Shown: in pieces, positions 40,040-52,378 of the stretch
Position numbering within the stretch: position 1 is the stretch's first letter
Layout of the letters: every line of letters starts with the position of its first letter
NCBI RefSeq assembly: GCF_001194135.2
Contig: NC_068985.1
Coordinates: 127,048,346 to 127,112,345, forward strand
Source of the DNA: Octopus bimaculoides
Lineage: Eukaryota
DNA length: 64,000 nucleotides
Reading direction: 5' to 3'
The notes under the pieces: model-generated
Told to the model about the DNA's origin: nothing
The model's database searches: none
Seen by the model: only the letters and a program-made list of their open reading frames with translations
Position numbers and translations under genes: made by a program

Positions 40040-40183
40040 GTAAGTCTGATGCTTTGCTTTTTTTTCCTAATTCTAATTTTGTTGCTTAGGTTTCAAAGTG
40101 TGTCTGTCTTGCTACAAGTCTTTCCAACAATATATTTATGTTTCTTTGCGTGCGCGTGTGTGTGTGAGAGAGGGAGAGAGAGA

Positions 40184-40263
<80 letters not shown>

Positions 40264-40830
40264 AGACATGTATTTTGACTTGTTACAGTCATTGGATTGT
40301 GGCCATGCTGGGACACTATCCCTCAGTAAAGTCTAGCACTTATGCTTATTCTATCAGTCTCTTTTTGCTGAACCATTAAGTCATTGGAGGCAAACAAACC
40401 CACATCAGTTGTCAAGTGATGAGATGAATACAAATAAACAAACACACACACATACCCACAAATAATATATTTATTCTTTTACTTGTTTCATACATTTGAC
40501 CGTGGCCATGTTGGAGCATAGCCTTATATAAATATACACACACAATGGACTTTGAAATTGTTTTGGGCTATCAGATTCATTCACTAGGCATTGGTCAATC
40601 TAGAGCTGTATAGTAGAAGACACTTGTCCAAAGTGCTGCTTCATGGGATTGAACCTGAAATGACATGATTGCAGTGTAAACTTCTAAACCACACAACTAT
40701 GTTTGCACCATTTTTGCTTGGATTTTGTAAATTTGCTGCATGGTGGCATGAAAAATGCACCCAGTACACATTATAAAGTGGTTGGCATCTAGCCATAGAA
40801 ACCATGCCAAAGCAGACACTTTTTGAGCTT

Positions 40831-41668
40831 ATCTCTACAGATTCTCCATAGAAATTATAGCCAGCACTGATTTTGTTAAGACATTTCATATCCAAATACA
40901 CCTGTCAACAACAATGTGATCGAAGATGGAAAAGTGGGTAATGGGTGTATATGCATATTTCAGGAGTTCTTGCTCCTCATCCAGCACTACATTCAACCCA
41001 TTAACCATACATGAACACATTGCTTAAATAACCACTAAATACAGCAGTGTAACATTATTGGATATACCAGTTTTAGATATAAAACACATTCCTAACAGCT
41101 GGTATGTACATGTAGGGACACCATATTTTGTTATGCAACCACAATATACTACAAAGTATATTAAATACTATGTACTGCTGTGTTAGCAGTGCTATTACAT
41201 CAGTTTTTAAGGTTACCTCTACAGATATTCTATAGCACTGATTTTGATACGACGTTTTGTATCTGAATATGTCTAAGGTAAACAAGAATGTGATTGAAGA
41301 TGGAAAAATGGGTAATGAGTGTATATGCATATTTCATGAGTTCTTGCTCTTTCTTCAGTACTACATCCAACCCATTAACCATCCATGAACTCAGTGCTTA
41401 AATAGCTACTAAATATAACAGTGTAACACTGTTGGATGTACCAATTTTACATATTAAGCACATTCTTGGCAGCTAGTACATACATATTAATATTTTGTTA
41501 TACTACAGAGTAGTATATTAAACACTTTATAAGTCAATACTGTCTCTTGCCATGTTATCAGTACTATTAAATCACTTGTTAAAGATATCTCTACAGATTT
41601 TCTATAGAAATTACAGCCTGTACTGATTTTGTTACAACGTTTCGTATCTGAATACGTCTAATGTCAAC
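40831..41668. repeat. Diverged tandem repeat, about 380-bp unit, about 2.2 copies
   Basis: Units begin at 40831, 41215 and 41587 (a(t/c)ctctacagat...). Shared blocks gaagatggaaaa.tgggtaatg.gtgtatatgcatatttca.gagttcttgctc and caacccattaaccat.catgaac. Confidence 0.85.
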
Positions 41669-42317
41669 AATGCAATGGTGCACAATGTAGTCCTTGGACC
41701 GATTGGATCTTTGTCAAACTGTCCAATCCATACCAGCATGAAACAGATGTTAAATGATGATGATGATGATATGTGTGTATGTGTAAATGTTTGTGTGTGT
41801 TTGCATATGTATAAATGTATAATTCATGTGAGAGAGATTGTTGATACCTGTAAACATTCTTGGTCACTAATATTTCCAACCTTTCTCTTCCTCAAGGTAG
41901 GTGTGTACTGATCACCAGCTTTCAATCACATCTACTTACAATATCTGTCATGTCACCAAAACATCTCTCTTATTTTCCTTTGTGTTTTCAATGCTTTCTC
42001 TCTCCGCCCCTTTTCTTTCTGAAGTTTTGTTTAACTGTAGTAAATATTAGCTTCAGACTAAAAGTGTCAAGCTGGCAGAATCGCTAGCATGCTGGGCAAA
42101 ATGCTTTGTGGTATTTCATCTGTCTCTATGTCGAGTTTAAATTCTGCTGAAGTCAACTTTGCCTTTCATCATGTCAGGGTCTATAAAATAAGTATCAGTT
42201 GAGCACTGGGGTTGGTCTAATCAACTTACTTCCTTCTATGAAATTGCTGGCCTTGTGCCAAAATTTGAAACCACTATTAGCCTCAGACTGTTGATATTTA
42301 TTTATTTTTTGTTGCAG

Positions 42318-42368
42318 ACATTCACAGCTAAGGGTGTATCAGCCAAATGTCGAGCTAAAAAGATATAA
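42318..42368 (+). CDS. FABP/iLBP, exon 4 (terminal)
   Basis: ttttttgttgcag|TFTAKGVSAKCRAKKI-TAA. Completes a 138-aa protein with the canonical 4-exon, phase 1-0-0 FABP structure. Confidence 0.85.
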   Translation, partial: TFTAKGVSAKCRAKKI

Positions 42369-42478
42369 AATTTTCAGAAAAGCATGTGAAAATTCCAATG
42401 AAGAGAACACTAAAAAAAAAAACAATCATTTGTCAGTCATGTTATGTTCCAATATATTATGTCTGATTTTGTCAATGA

Positions 42479-42484
42479 AATAAA
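42479..42484 (+). terminator. Candidate polyadenylation signal of the FABP gene
   Basis: AATAAA about 110 nt after the stop codon, followed by a T-rich tract. Confidence 0.5.
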
Positions 42485-44589
42485 TATATACTTTTTATTT
42501 GACTTTTTATTTTCTTTCTTTTTTTTGTGATATAGTTGTGTTCATTTGTTTTATGTTTTTCTTGTTTTGGCATCAGATGGGAGGCTCTTTCTGTCTCTGA
42601 CCTTCCATTGTTTTACAATTCACAAACTTTCAAGAGATAGGGGATGCCATATTCATTGGGAATTTAAACATGAAAACAGTTTTTTTTCTTCTTTTTTCAC
42701 AAGCCTGGCTGCATGGTATGAAGTTTGTTTCCTAACCACATGGTCTCAGTTCAGCCCCACAACATGGCACCATTACTATAACTTGAGGCCAACCAAAGCC
42801 TTGTGAGTGGATTTGGCAGACAGAAACTGAAAGAAGCCCATTGTATATATATATATATATAAATATATATAATGTATGTGTATCAAAAAGATATTGCCAA
42901 ATAAAAAAAAATAAAAAACACTAAGAGACTGAACTTCCAAATTCCATAAAGCCTAAATGTAATGTAAGGGAATTTATAATTCTTTCAAATTGTCTTGATC
43001 AGTTTGGGTGCTATCTAGTGTGACACATACATTGGAGGTGATGGCCTAGCACACTTAAGGCAGATCTGCAGTTGTTAAACTTATGGTAAATCTGATATTG
43101 TTTCATATAGCACCTGCACACAGATTAATCATGTTGGGGTTGAATAGGCTTTTCATACCTGGAATGATAAAACAAGTACCATCAAGTCTATGAGGGAACT
43201 ATTATGTGGTTACACAACTCTCTAGAAATAGCAGGTATATCTCCCTCAAATCCTACCATCTGAAAAAAAAAAAAAAAAGGCAGGGAGCAGAAAAGCTATA
43301 CGCATTAGATACTGTTCTAGTTACACATTCTGGCAAAACTGGCAGTATGCTTATGGCTGAGAGACCTTTGGATCTGCTGAATTATAGCTGACTGGAGGTT
43401 TAACCCATGCTAGCATGGAAAGCGGACTTTAAACGATGATGATGATGAAATATTGGATTTGATTTAAATGAGTATACATTAACCCAGGGTTTTCTGAATT
43501 TTTTTCTAAATCAGTTTTAATAATTGTTGGTATTGCACAAATAAGATAAAAAAGCAAAAAATTAAAAAAATTCTTATAGTGTCTTGGTTTTAAGTTGTCA
43601 TTACTTAACATTAAAAAGTAAAGACTATTTCTGTTATAATAGGTCAATAACGAACAGAAGCACAAATAAATCCCTCTATGGCCTCAACTTCTGCAACAAT
43701 AAAATAGACTGGGAGAAATTAGAAATAGAACTACCAAACTTTTGGCTGGTATTTACTTAGTTATCTGTGCTCTACATGCCTAACAATGTTTTATTCTTCT
43801 TTAGGAAAACACAGACTGTTGAGTCAATAAGGATATGGACAATGATTCAAAGAGTTGGTGGTTTGTATCTTGGCACAAATATAGCTTTATGTATGCAACC
43901 AAGACACAGAATTGTGAATAGCTGAATTCACTTAGCTGTTACAGGATACTGAAGTCAGTATTGTTTACTGTTGTAAGCAGTGACACCACTGTCATCATCA
44001 TCATCATTTAACGCCCGCTTTTCATGCTGGCATGGGTTGGACGGTTTGACTGGGGACTGACAAACCAAGAGGCTGCACCAGGCTCCAATCTGATTTGGCA
44101 ATATTTCTACAGATAGATGCCCTTCTTAATGCCAACCACTTTGAGAATGTAGTGGGTGCTTTATATGTGCTACTGGCATGGGAGCCAGTCAGGAATTACT
44201 GGTATCGGCCATGTTTGGATGGTGCTTTTTACGTGCTTCCGGCACAGGAGCCAATCAGGACGGGGAGCTGGCATCAACCACATTCAGATGATGCTTTTTA
44301 CGTGCCACCGGCATGGGGAGCCAGTCAGGTAACATTGTCTCAGCAGGGTTCACTTTGCTCTTCCTTTTTCCAATGTTTCTAAAATAAATACATTTGGCAA
44401 TCAACTGAATTGGATATACCACTTAACCACAGGATTAACTGAAAACAATTATCATACATACTGATGTTATCATTTATGGAAACTTCTATCATTTATACAC
44501 ATGAGAAAGGTTATATATGATGTCTGTCTGTCAATCTGATGAAGACCATCTAGTCATCCATCAGTATTCAGGCTTTGTGAGTGCACAGA

Positions 44590-45790
44590 TAGCTAGTTAA
44601 TCCAATCCACACATGGCAGGAAGTTTTTTGGGGGGTGTGCACAGAGAATGCAAGCAGCAGTGGGAGACCTGAGTGCCTTTGACTTTCTGATCTCCCTGCA
44701 TAGCTCAGCTGAAGTCACTCTGCTGGCTTCACATGTCTTGAAGTCCTTGTCAGCTTCAGTATAGCTTTTTACTCTGTCCAATGTTGTCTGCTCCCACTCA
44801 TTATTGGTGGATGTTGAAGGCACTCAGTGAAGTTTTCAGTGTGCCTTTGTCACATTTTTTATGCACCTTAGAAGTGTTTACCATTCTGGAATTTGCTGCA
44901 GAACAGTTTGTATACTGGCATGCAAACTACATGACTTGCCCGACACAGCTGTGACTGAATCAGGATTATGTGGGTAGTGAGCAGTCCAACATGAGAGAGT
45001 TATGTCAAGAATCTTGTTCTGCTGCATAATGCCAAGAATTCTTTTCTGAAACAAGTGGAATGAAAATGGTTCAGCTCCCTTGTATATTGTTGGCAGACAG
45101 TCTGTGCTTCACAACCATAGAGCCGCATGGTGAGAACTACAGCCTGATACCTCTTGATCTTTAGAGTGATGCCTCATCTGTTCTACACATCCTTGTGACG
45201 TCAGCTGAATTCAGTATGCTTCCCAGGAAGGTGAACTTGTTCACTGCATTTAGTCATTGCCCATTGAAGAAAATGTTAGTTTCAATGTATGCCTTTCCTG
45301 CGCAAGCTGAAGCATCACTCTGGTCTTCTTCGTACTGACTGTCTGGCTGAAATTATTACAATCATCAGAGAACTTGTTAATACTTCTGAGACATCGTTGG
45401 GGGCACAATCTTCAGCAAACAGAAAATCATTTAAGTTGTCTGTCAAAGTCTTGGTTTTTCACTGGATGCCTGCTAAAATTAAAGATTGGTCCCTCAGTAT
45501 GGTATCTGATATCAATGTCTTTAAAGGCTTCCATCAGTATGTTAGAAAACATGGAGCTGAACAGAATGGGTGCAAGAATACAACCTTATTTCATTCCGTT
45601 GAAGACAGGGAAATACTTCTGATGTCTTTCTATTGTCTTGAACTTTGCCCAGCATGCCGTCATGTAGCTTTCATACAATGACAGTAGTGATGAATTTTCT
45701 GGAATATCCAAACTCTGCCATGATTTTCTGAAGCTCTTTTCTACTTACGGTGTCGAAAGACTTGATTAGCCACTGGAATCTAAAACTGAC
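44590..45790 (-). mobile_element. Degraded RTE (BovB-like) LINE 3' half
   Basis: KLHDGMLGKV..NGMKQGCILAPILFS and C-terminal WEQTTLDR...KTCEASR. Confidence 0.75.
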
Positions 45791-46647
45791 TAGGTTTCTG
45801 CTCTCCATCTTCCATTTGTAACATGTGTCATAATACTATATTAACCTTAAAAAGCCGGCTGTTTTTTTAATTCAGAGGTGCCAGTCAGCGCTAAAGAAAT
45901 TAACATAAGCTGAAGAATAAAAATGAGTTAATGTAGAAATTTAACTGAAAAACAAACCTGAATTAGATCAGAGGTTATCTTCATGTTATGTTTTGCACAT
46001 ACATACATACATAATTTTGAAAGAATATAGGTCAGTCTCAGACACACTCATCTTTCTCTTAAGTCTTATAAAAATATCTTAAACTCCCACATACCTTTTT
46101 GTTTGTAAATATGAGGTTATCCTGACCCATTATTGATTTGAAGGTCATGCCAAAGCACAGGACTAGTTTCAGAAATGTTAAAACTATTTACTCATATTAC
46201 ATAAACCCAATCAAAACAAATGGTGATATTTTAACAGAAACGTGCTTTTGGCAGGTTGGGAGTTGAAATAATAAGCACATATATGAAGAAAAATATAAAA
46301 AGTGAATAACAAACAAGAAAAGAAAGAAGCAGGAGACAAGGTGGTAGAGCTAGAGACAAGGGCAATTGTAGAGAGACAGGCAGACAGAAGGAGAGGAATA
46401 AAGCAAAATGGTGAAGTAGTAATTAAATGACTAATTGAAACAGCAAATTCCTAAAATGTTACAGAATACATTTATAAAAAAAACAAACAAATTAGTGCCA
46501 CTATTTCCATTAATACCCTTATCAAAATAATTACATTTCTATCATTTGGGATTAATGTAGAACAGCTACGTTGCCACATACTGCTCCACCCACTCTTTCT
46601 TAAAGAACAAACCAGAACACTAAATAAAAAAAACAACTTTTGGACAT

Positions 46648-46990
46648 GGCTGCATGGTAAGAATCTTGCTTCTCAGCCTCATGGTTCCGGGTTCAGTCCC
46701 ACTGCATGGCACCTTGGGCAAGTGTCTTCAACTATAGCCTCAGGCTGACCAAAGCTTTGTGAGTGGATTTGGTAGATGGAAACTGAAAAGAAGCCCATTG
46801 TGTATGTTTGTATGCGTGTGTCTTTGTATCTGTATTTGGGTCTCTATAACTTGGTGGTTTGGCAAAAGAGACCGAGAGAATAAGTACCAGGCTTAAAAAA
46901 TAAGTACTGGGGTCAATTCATGCAACTAAAATTTCAAGGTGGTGCTCCAGCTTGGCCTCAGTCTAATGACTGCGACAAGTAAAAGATAAA
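46648..46990 (+). mobile_element. tRNA-derived SINE family A (core ggcaccttgggcaagtgtctt), representative copy
   Basis: Further copies at about 4878-5285(-), 7558-7925(-), 8380-8575(-), 11715-11870(-), 13706-14003(-), 40270-40700(-), 42713-42845(+), 60096-60500(+). Confidence 0.85.
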
Positions 46991-47396
46991 TGATAAAAGA
47001 AGTTATTTACTGTTGTCAAATAGGTTAACCCTTTCACATGTGAACCAACCATATCTGGCCCAAAATATTCTACCAGTTTTACATGCAAACTGACCAGATC
47101 CAGCCTGTCACACCTACCCCACAATATCATTCTAAAAATAAATAGTTACATCACTGAAATTTAAAAACTACAAGATAATGCATGATTAGTTGACAGCAAT
47201 GTGAATAAACAAGCATTACATTTGACAAATTTAATCTGAATGCTTTACACATGCCATGTAACCCCCTTGTAACTTTTTTTTCATTTTTTGGAATTTTCAG
47301 AAAATTTTGGTGAACTTGTATTATACACAGGAATTCATATGATTATGCAGAAAAAGAAATTTTTTGATGCATGATTTATGGCCGATTTAGCTGTTA

Positions 47397-48227
47397 CAGT
47401 AATCACTCGCCATACTGCGGTTCACCTAACATACCCTCAGTACATCACATATTTTTCTGACTAATATATGTAAATTTATATCATGGACACCTCAGTATAT
47501 TGTGGGTCTCTGTGGCCAATAAGTATTTCCATGCATAAAAATTAATAAATTAATAAATAAAAATACAGTACAGCACTGCACTGTATAACACATTAATTAA
47601 AATATATTAAAAGAAAATATGTAGTGTACTGTAGATGAGTGGAGGCGCAATGGCCCAGTGGTTAGGGCAGCGGACTCGCGGTCATAGGATCGCGGTTTCG
47701 ATTCCCAGACCGGGTGTTGTGAGTGTTTATTGATCAAAAACACCTAAAGCTCCACGAGGCTCCAGCAGGGAATGGTGGCGAACCCTGCTGTACTCTTTCA
47801 CCACAACATTCTCTCACTCTTACTTCCTGTTTCTGTTGTGCCTGTAATTCAAAGGGTCAGCCTTGTCACACTCTGTGTCACGCTGAATCTCCCCGAGAAC
47901 TACATTAAGGGTACACGTGTCTGTGGAGGGCTCAGCCACTTGCACATTAATTTCACGAGCAGGCTGTTCCGTTGATCGGATCAACTGGAACCCTCAACAT
48001 CGTAAGCAACGGAGTGCCAACACAAACTGTAGATGAGTAAACAAAGAATTGCACATACTGTATGGAAAATGAAACTCAGGAGGCGACTGTGTGGTGTTGT
48101 TTTGCATTTATAATAAAATAAACATATACAAATTATAAAGATTAAAAAAATATACAGTACAGTACTGTTTCACCTATCACGGGGTGGATTTTAGAACGTA
48201 ACACCAGCGATAGTTGAGGGATTACTG
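47397..48227. mobile_element. pogo/Tigger-like MITE
   Basis: TA|CAGTAATCACTCG at the left and GAGGGATTACTG|TA at the right; TA target duplication. Confidence 0.7.
47641..48025 (+). mobile_element. Young full-length tRNA-derived SINE
   Basis: A box TGGCCCAGTGG, B box GGTTTCGATTCC, CpGs retained; perfect 13-bp TSD actgtagatgagt at 47628-47640 and 48026-48038. Confidence 0.9.
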
Positions 48228-48702
48228 TACATTTAGCATATCTCACAGCCACCTCATTTGTTTGTCAGTCTGACATACAATATCTTTCTCCCCATAAACA
48301 CAGTTAATGGTCTATTGCTGGGATTTAAGCCAAAAATTCGGATTGTCCTTATTTTAAAACTGTAATTTAATAAGAAAAATTAAGCAAAAATTTTTTTTTC
48401 ATTTTTAAAAATGGGAAGAAAAAATATTTTTTTTTCATAGTCATGTGAATTCTCATGTGTAGAATACACAAAAATTTTCTGAAAATTTCAAAAAATAAAA
48501 ACGTTATGAGAGGTTATATGACGTGTGTAAAGCAGAATTCCATTAGCACAAGTGTTTAACTTGTCAAAAATAGTGCTTTCCAGGGTGAAATGTGGGAGTA
48601 TTTCTCTTAAAAAAAATTATTCCTAGACAAAGAGTTAAAATTATTGTCTTGTTTTTTTTTGTTTTTTTTTTTTATAATAAGCAGATCTAATATCTTTAAA
48701 TA

Positions 48703-49810
48703 TTGGGTCATCCCATAAATAATGCGATATTTTCAATTGCATGAACTAAAAGGGATAGGATAAACTACCTGCATCAACTTGCTATAAAAACAGGTAGTAA
48801 TTTTACCTTGTCCTTATTCTTAGTGCAAGTTTTGAAGAGTACAGTTCGATTTTAACAGTTATCTTTTTCAAAGCTATAATGGAAGTAACAAAGGAGCATA
48901 TTTGGCAACAATGCAACGGAGAGTGCAAGGAATATTAATGCAGTATATGGGGATCAGACAATAAGTGTAAGCTAGTGTCAACGATGGTTCCAGAAATTCT
49001 GAGCTGGAAACTACAGCCTAGAAGACAAGCCTTGTCCTGCAAACCCTGATAGAACAAAATCCCATTGTAACTGTTGAGGAACTGGTAGAGAAGCTTAGAT
49101 TTGGTCATTCAACCATTCATTGACATCTGCATGCCATCAGGAAGGTCAGTAAATTGTGTCAATGGGTTTCTCATAAACTTTCCAAGTCCAATCGAATGCA
49201 GAGAGTGAATGTGTGCTCTTTGCTGTCACATTTCATGAATGAACCTTTTTTGGACTGAATAGTGACTGGTGATGAGAAATGGGTTCTCTATAAAAATGTC
49301 ACATGCTGAAGACAGTGGGAAGGGAAAGGAGAAACACTGGCACCCCAGGCTAAAGAAAATCTTCACCCATGTCAAATATTGTTATCTGTTTAATGGGATG
49401 TGAAAAGTTTGTCCACTTTGAATTTTTAAACCGAAACCAAATATTAACAAATATCTACTGCAAGCAGCTTGAGCGACTTTGGTTTCAAGATGAAAGATGT
49501 TCTTCCATCAAGACAATGATCAGCCACATACAATGAGGATGACATTCCAAAAGTTAGAGCAGTTTGAATGGTAAACAATGCCCCACTCATTATATTTGCC
49601 AGACACTGCTCCATCTGATTATCATTTATTCCGCAGTCTTCAAAATCATTTAGATGGAAAAAATATGAATTCTGTAGACGAGGTCAAAACAGTACTGGAG
49701 GAGTATTTTTCATCACGGACAAGTGAATTTTGGAAGAGAGACCTTGCAAATCTACCAGATAGATGGAAGGGCATTGTAGAAAATGAAGGAGAGTATATTT
49801 TAGATTAAAA
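48703..49810 (+). mobile_element. Mariner (SETMAR-like) transposon, pseudogenised
   Basis: TA|TTGGGTCATCCCATAAATAATGCG end; CQRWFQKF, VTGDEKW, PDTAPSDYHLFRSLQNHL...PDRWKGIVENEGEYILD*. Right TIR not seen. Confidence 0.9.
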
Positions 49811-50605
49811 AAGAACTTTGTTTATCTTAATTCAAGAAAAAATTGTCTAGATATTCTAGTAACACTATAAAAGTATCTTTAACCTAGCAAATAAAAAAAC
49901 GGAAAATTTGTAGTCTATATTCTTTCTCTAAGAATACCATACAATACTACACCTACTTTCATAAATGACAATAACAATTAAAGACATAATTGCAGCTATC
50001 AAGAAAACAACATGAACTGAATAATAGTAAATTATAACTGGTCTTGAAATTACTGCTGGCTACATAAATCAGTGGACACTAATGTCACATTCAATACAAT
50101 TGAAAGACATCAAGCCAAATTTGTTAGCAATATATATAGAAGGCACAGGATCATTCATTAAAGGTCAACATGGCTTTAGCCAAAGTTGTTTCATTGCCAA
50201 TGCAAAGAGAGACACTGAACTAGTGCAATCAGTAATTATCTCCACTTCTAATTGGTGCAAGCCAGCTAGCCGAAGTATATCCTCAACCTAAACAAGCTGT
50301 AATAGTCCATAATGATTACACAACTTTCCTTCTCCTCCAAATCTCACGGAGTAGCTTTGAACAGTTCTTATAGAAATTTTATAGGATTTCACTTCAGCCT
50401 GATGCTCAGTTAGATCTTGTTCTTATTACTTCTTTCACATCTCTTGGGCAAGGCTCCTCCAAGCTGAATACCACTCTTGATTCTGGTGAGGTTATGAGTG
50501 CTTTGCATAAGCCCAGAGTTGGCTCTCTCTCACTATCACTCTAAACACTTGTGAGGTATTCATTATTGGCATCTTTGGAACAGGTCACCTGACTAGTCTG
50601 CTTCT

Positions 50606-51174
50606 TTATTTACATTATTTACATTTGACGGATATTTGTCCTCATCTTGTTTGTTGTTAAAACGTTTTGGCTGATATACCCTCCATTCTCATTCCTAAGG
50701 TATTTTTCAATGTTATTATTATTCAGGTCACTGCCTGGAATTGAACTCAGAATCTTGGGGTTATTAACCGCTATGCCATATGCCCGTGGGCAATTATGGA
50801 GTGAATTTTAGGGCTTATAAATCTAATATTCTCCTATCCTTCTTGAATACCGGTTCCCATATGCTATTCATATCTGCACTTGGTCTGCTTAGGAGGTTGT
50901 TGTGTTCTAAAATATGTGCGTAGTGGTTAAGAGCGCGGGCTACTAACCCCAAGATTCCGAGTTCAATTCCAGGCAGTGGCCTGAATAATAGTAATAATAA
51001 TAATAACAACATCAAAAAATACCTTAGGAATGAGAACCCAGGTTCGAAATTTCCCCAAGACACCTGATGAAGGCTGGAGAGTATATCAGCTGAAACAGTG
51101 TGTTAACAACAAACAAGATAAGGACAAATATCTGTAAAATGTAAATAATTCCTCATCTCTTAAACATAGAACTG
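50606..51174 (+). mobile_element. Non-autonomous element with tRNA-like head, hammerhead-ribozyme core and inverted duplication
   Basis: 12-bp TSD tagtctgcttct (50594-50605 and 51175-51186); inverted arms about 50606-50782 and 50911-51149; A and B boxes; CTGATGA 51064-51070 and GAAAC 51092-51096. Confidence 0.75.
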
Positions 51175-52287
51175 TAGTCTGCTTCTGACTGAGAAGCTGC
51201 TTTGTCAATTTGTAGAGGTTAGCCAAGAATGCAGCTCACTTACTTGCTTTCTCTCTTCATCTCCTATGGCTTCTCTGTTCTTGTCAATACCAGAAGCTCC
51301 TTCCTGAGGATTGCCCCAAAATTTGCTGGGTCAATTTTTTCAATCACCTCTGCTTCCGTGTATTGCTTACATCTGATTTAAGTTTGTTCTTAGGATGCAA
51401 GATTTTCATTACCCTGCGGTTAGCACAAAAAAAAAAAACAGATGGTATGGGCCAGGCTTCCTTGGTCTCAAAACACTCAGTATCAAAGTTCACAATAATG
51501 GATGTCACAGTTTTTAACTGGTGGATGGTCCACATCTCCCTCAGCAGTTACTGCCAAAATCCAGCCAACGCTTATGTCAGACTCCTGCCACTCAGATGTC
51601 TTTGATGAATGGGACCCACTGGATCCTTGGCTGGGCTAGCTGAGTGTAGCCAACCAAAGGGTCATCCAGTAGACCAATGCTAGCAACTGTAGGTGACATA
51701 CGGAGGCTCTAGGCTCAGTGGTTTATATCCAGGCCATGCTTCTCCTGCATCTCACAAGATACCTCTGTGTACTATGTCATCCCTTCAGCTGACACACACC
51801 TTACACTGGTGTGATGAATCCTAAAGACCCTCATATTCTCGCAGGCCTTAATGCAGATGCACTGAACTTCCATTGCTCTATTTTCCTTTATTGTTGTTCT
51901 TCCATCTTGTGGAGGGGTGGTGCATAATAATAAGCACCGCCGCATGGTGTACTGAGCTAGACAGAAAAAAAAATCAATATATATCCATTTTCCCGAAAGT
52001 TATGACGGAAAAATGGGATCTTGTGAATTTTACGAAAGTCCTCTCTCCACCCCACAGGTTCGTTTACGCAAGTTTTTTTTTGTCCTATTCGTTTTCTACA
52101 CAGCTGTTAACACCCGGCAGGGTGCTTTTTTTTTTTTTTTTTTTTTTTGTTAACGAGTGAAGATCGTTATATTAACCGACAGAAATTGTAAAAGTTACTT
52201 GACGTTCTAAGACCTGTGGAATAAGAATACAATAATTTCGCCACAACTATAGTTTAATGCTCACTCCCATCCAGTTTGTGTATGTGT

Positions 52288-52322
<35 letters not shown>

Positions 52323-52378
52323 TGTGTGTGTGTGTGATGCATAATTAAGAAGTTATGAGAAACTGGCTCCTTACTCAC

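Larger units (their letters stand above)
47241..48534. mobile_element. MITE with about 65-bp imperfect TIRs
   Basis: tgctttacacatgccatgtaacc...ttttcagaaaatttt at the left end and its approximate reverse complement ending tgtgtaaagca. A related fragment lies at about 32330-32570. Confidence 0.7.

Noticed and set aside
40831-41668. CRISPR-like array
   Set aside because: Units are about 380 bp with no short repeat-spacer pattern, in a eukaryotic context without cas genes.
43805-43925. Plus-strand acceptor with a short ORF after the FABP gene
   Set aside because: In the phase needed for an alternative FABP last exon it gives only five codons; no donor or homology support.
50916-50977. tRNA gene
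   Set aside because: A and B boxes are present but acceptor and T stems pair poorly; it is a retroposon head. The same applies to 47641-47715.
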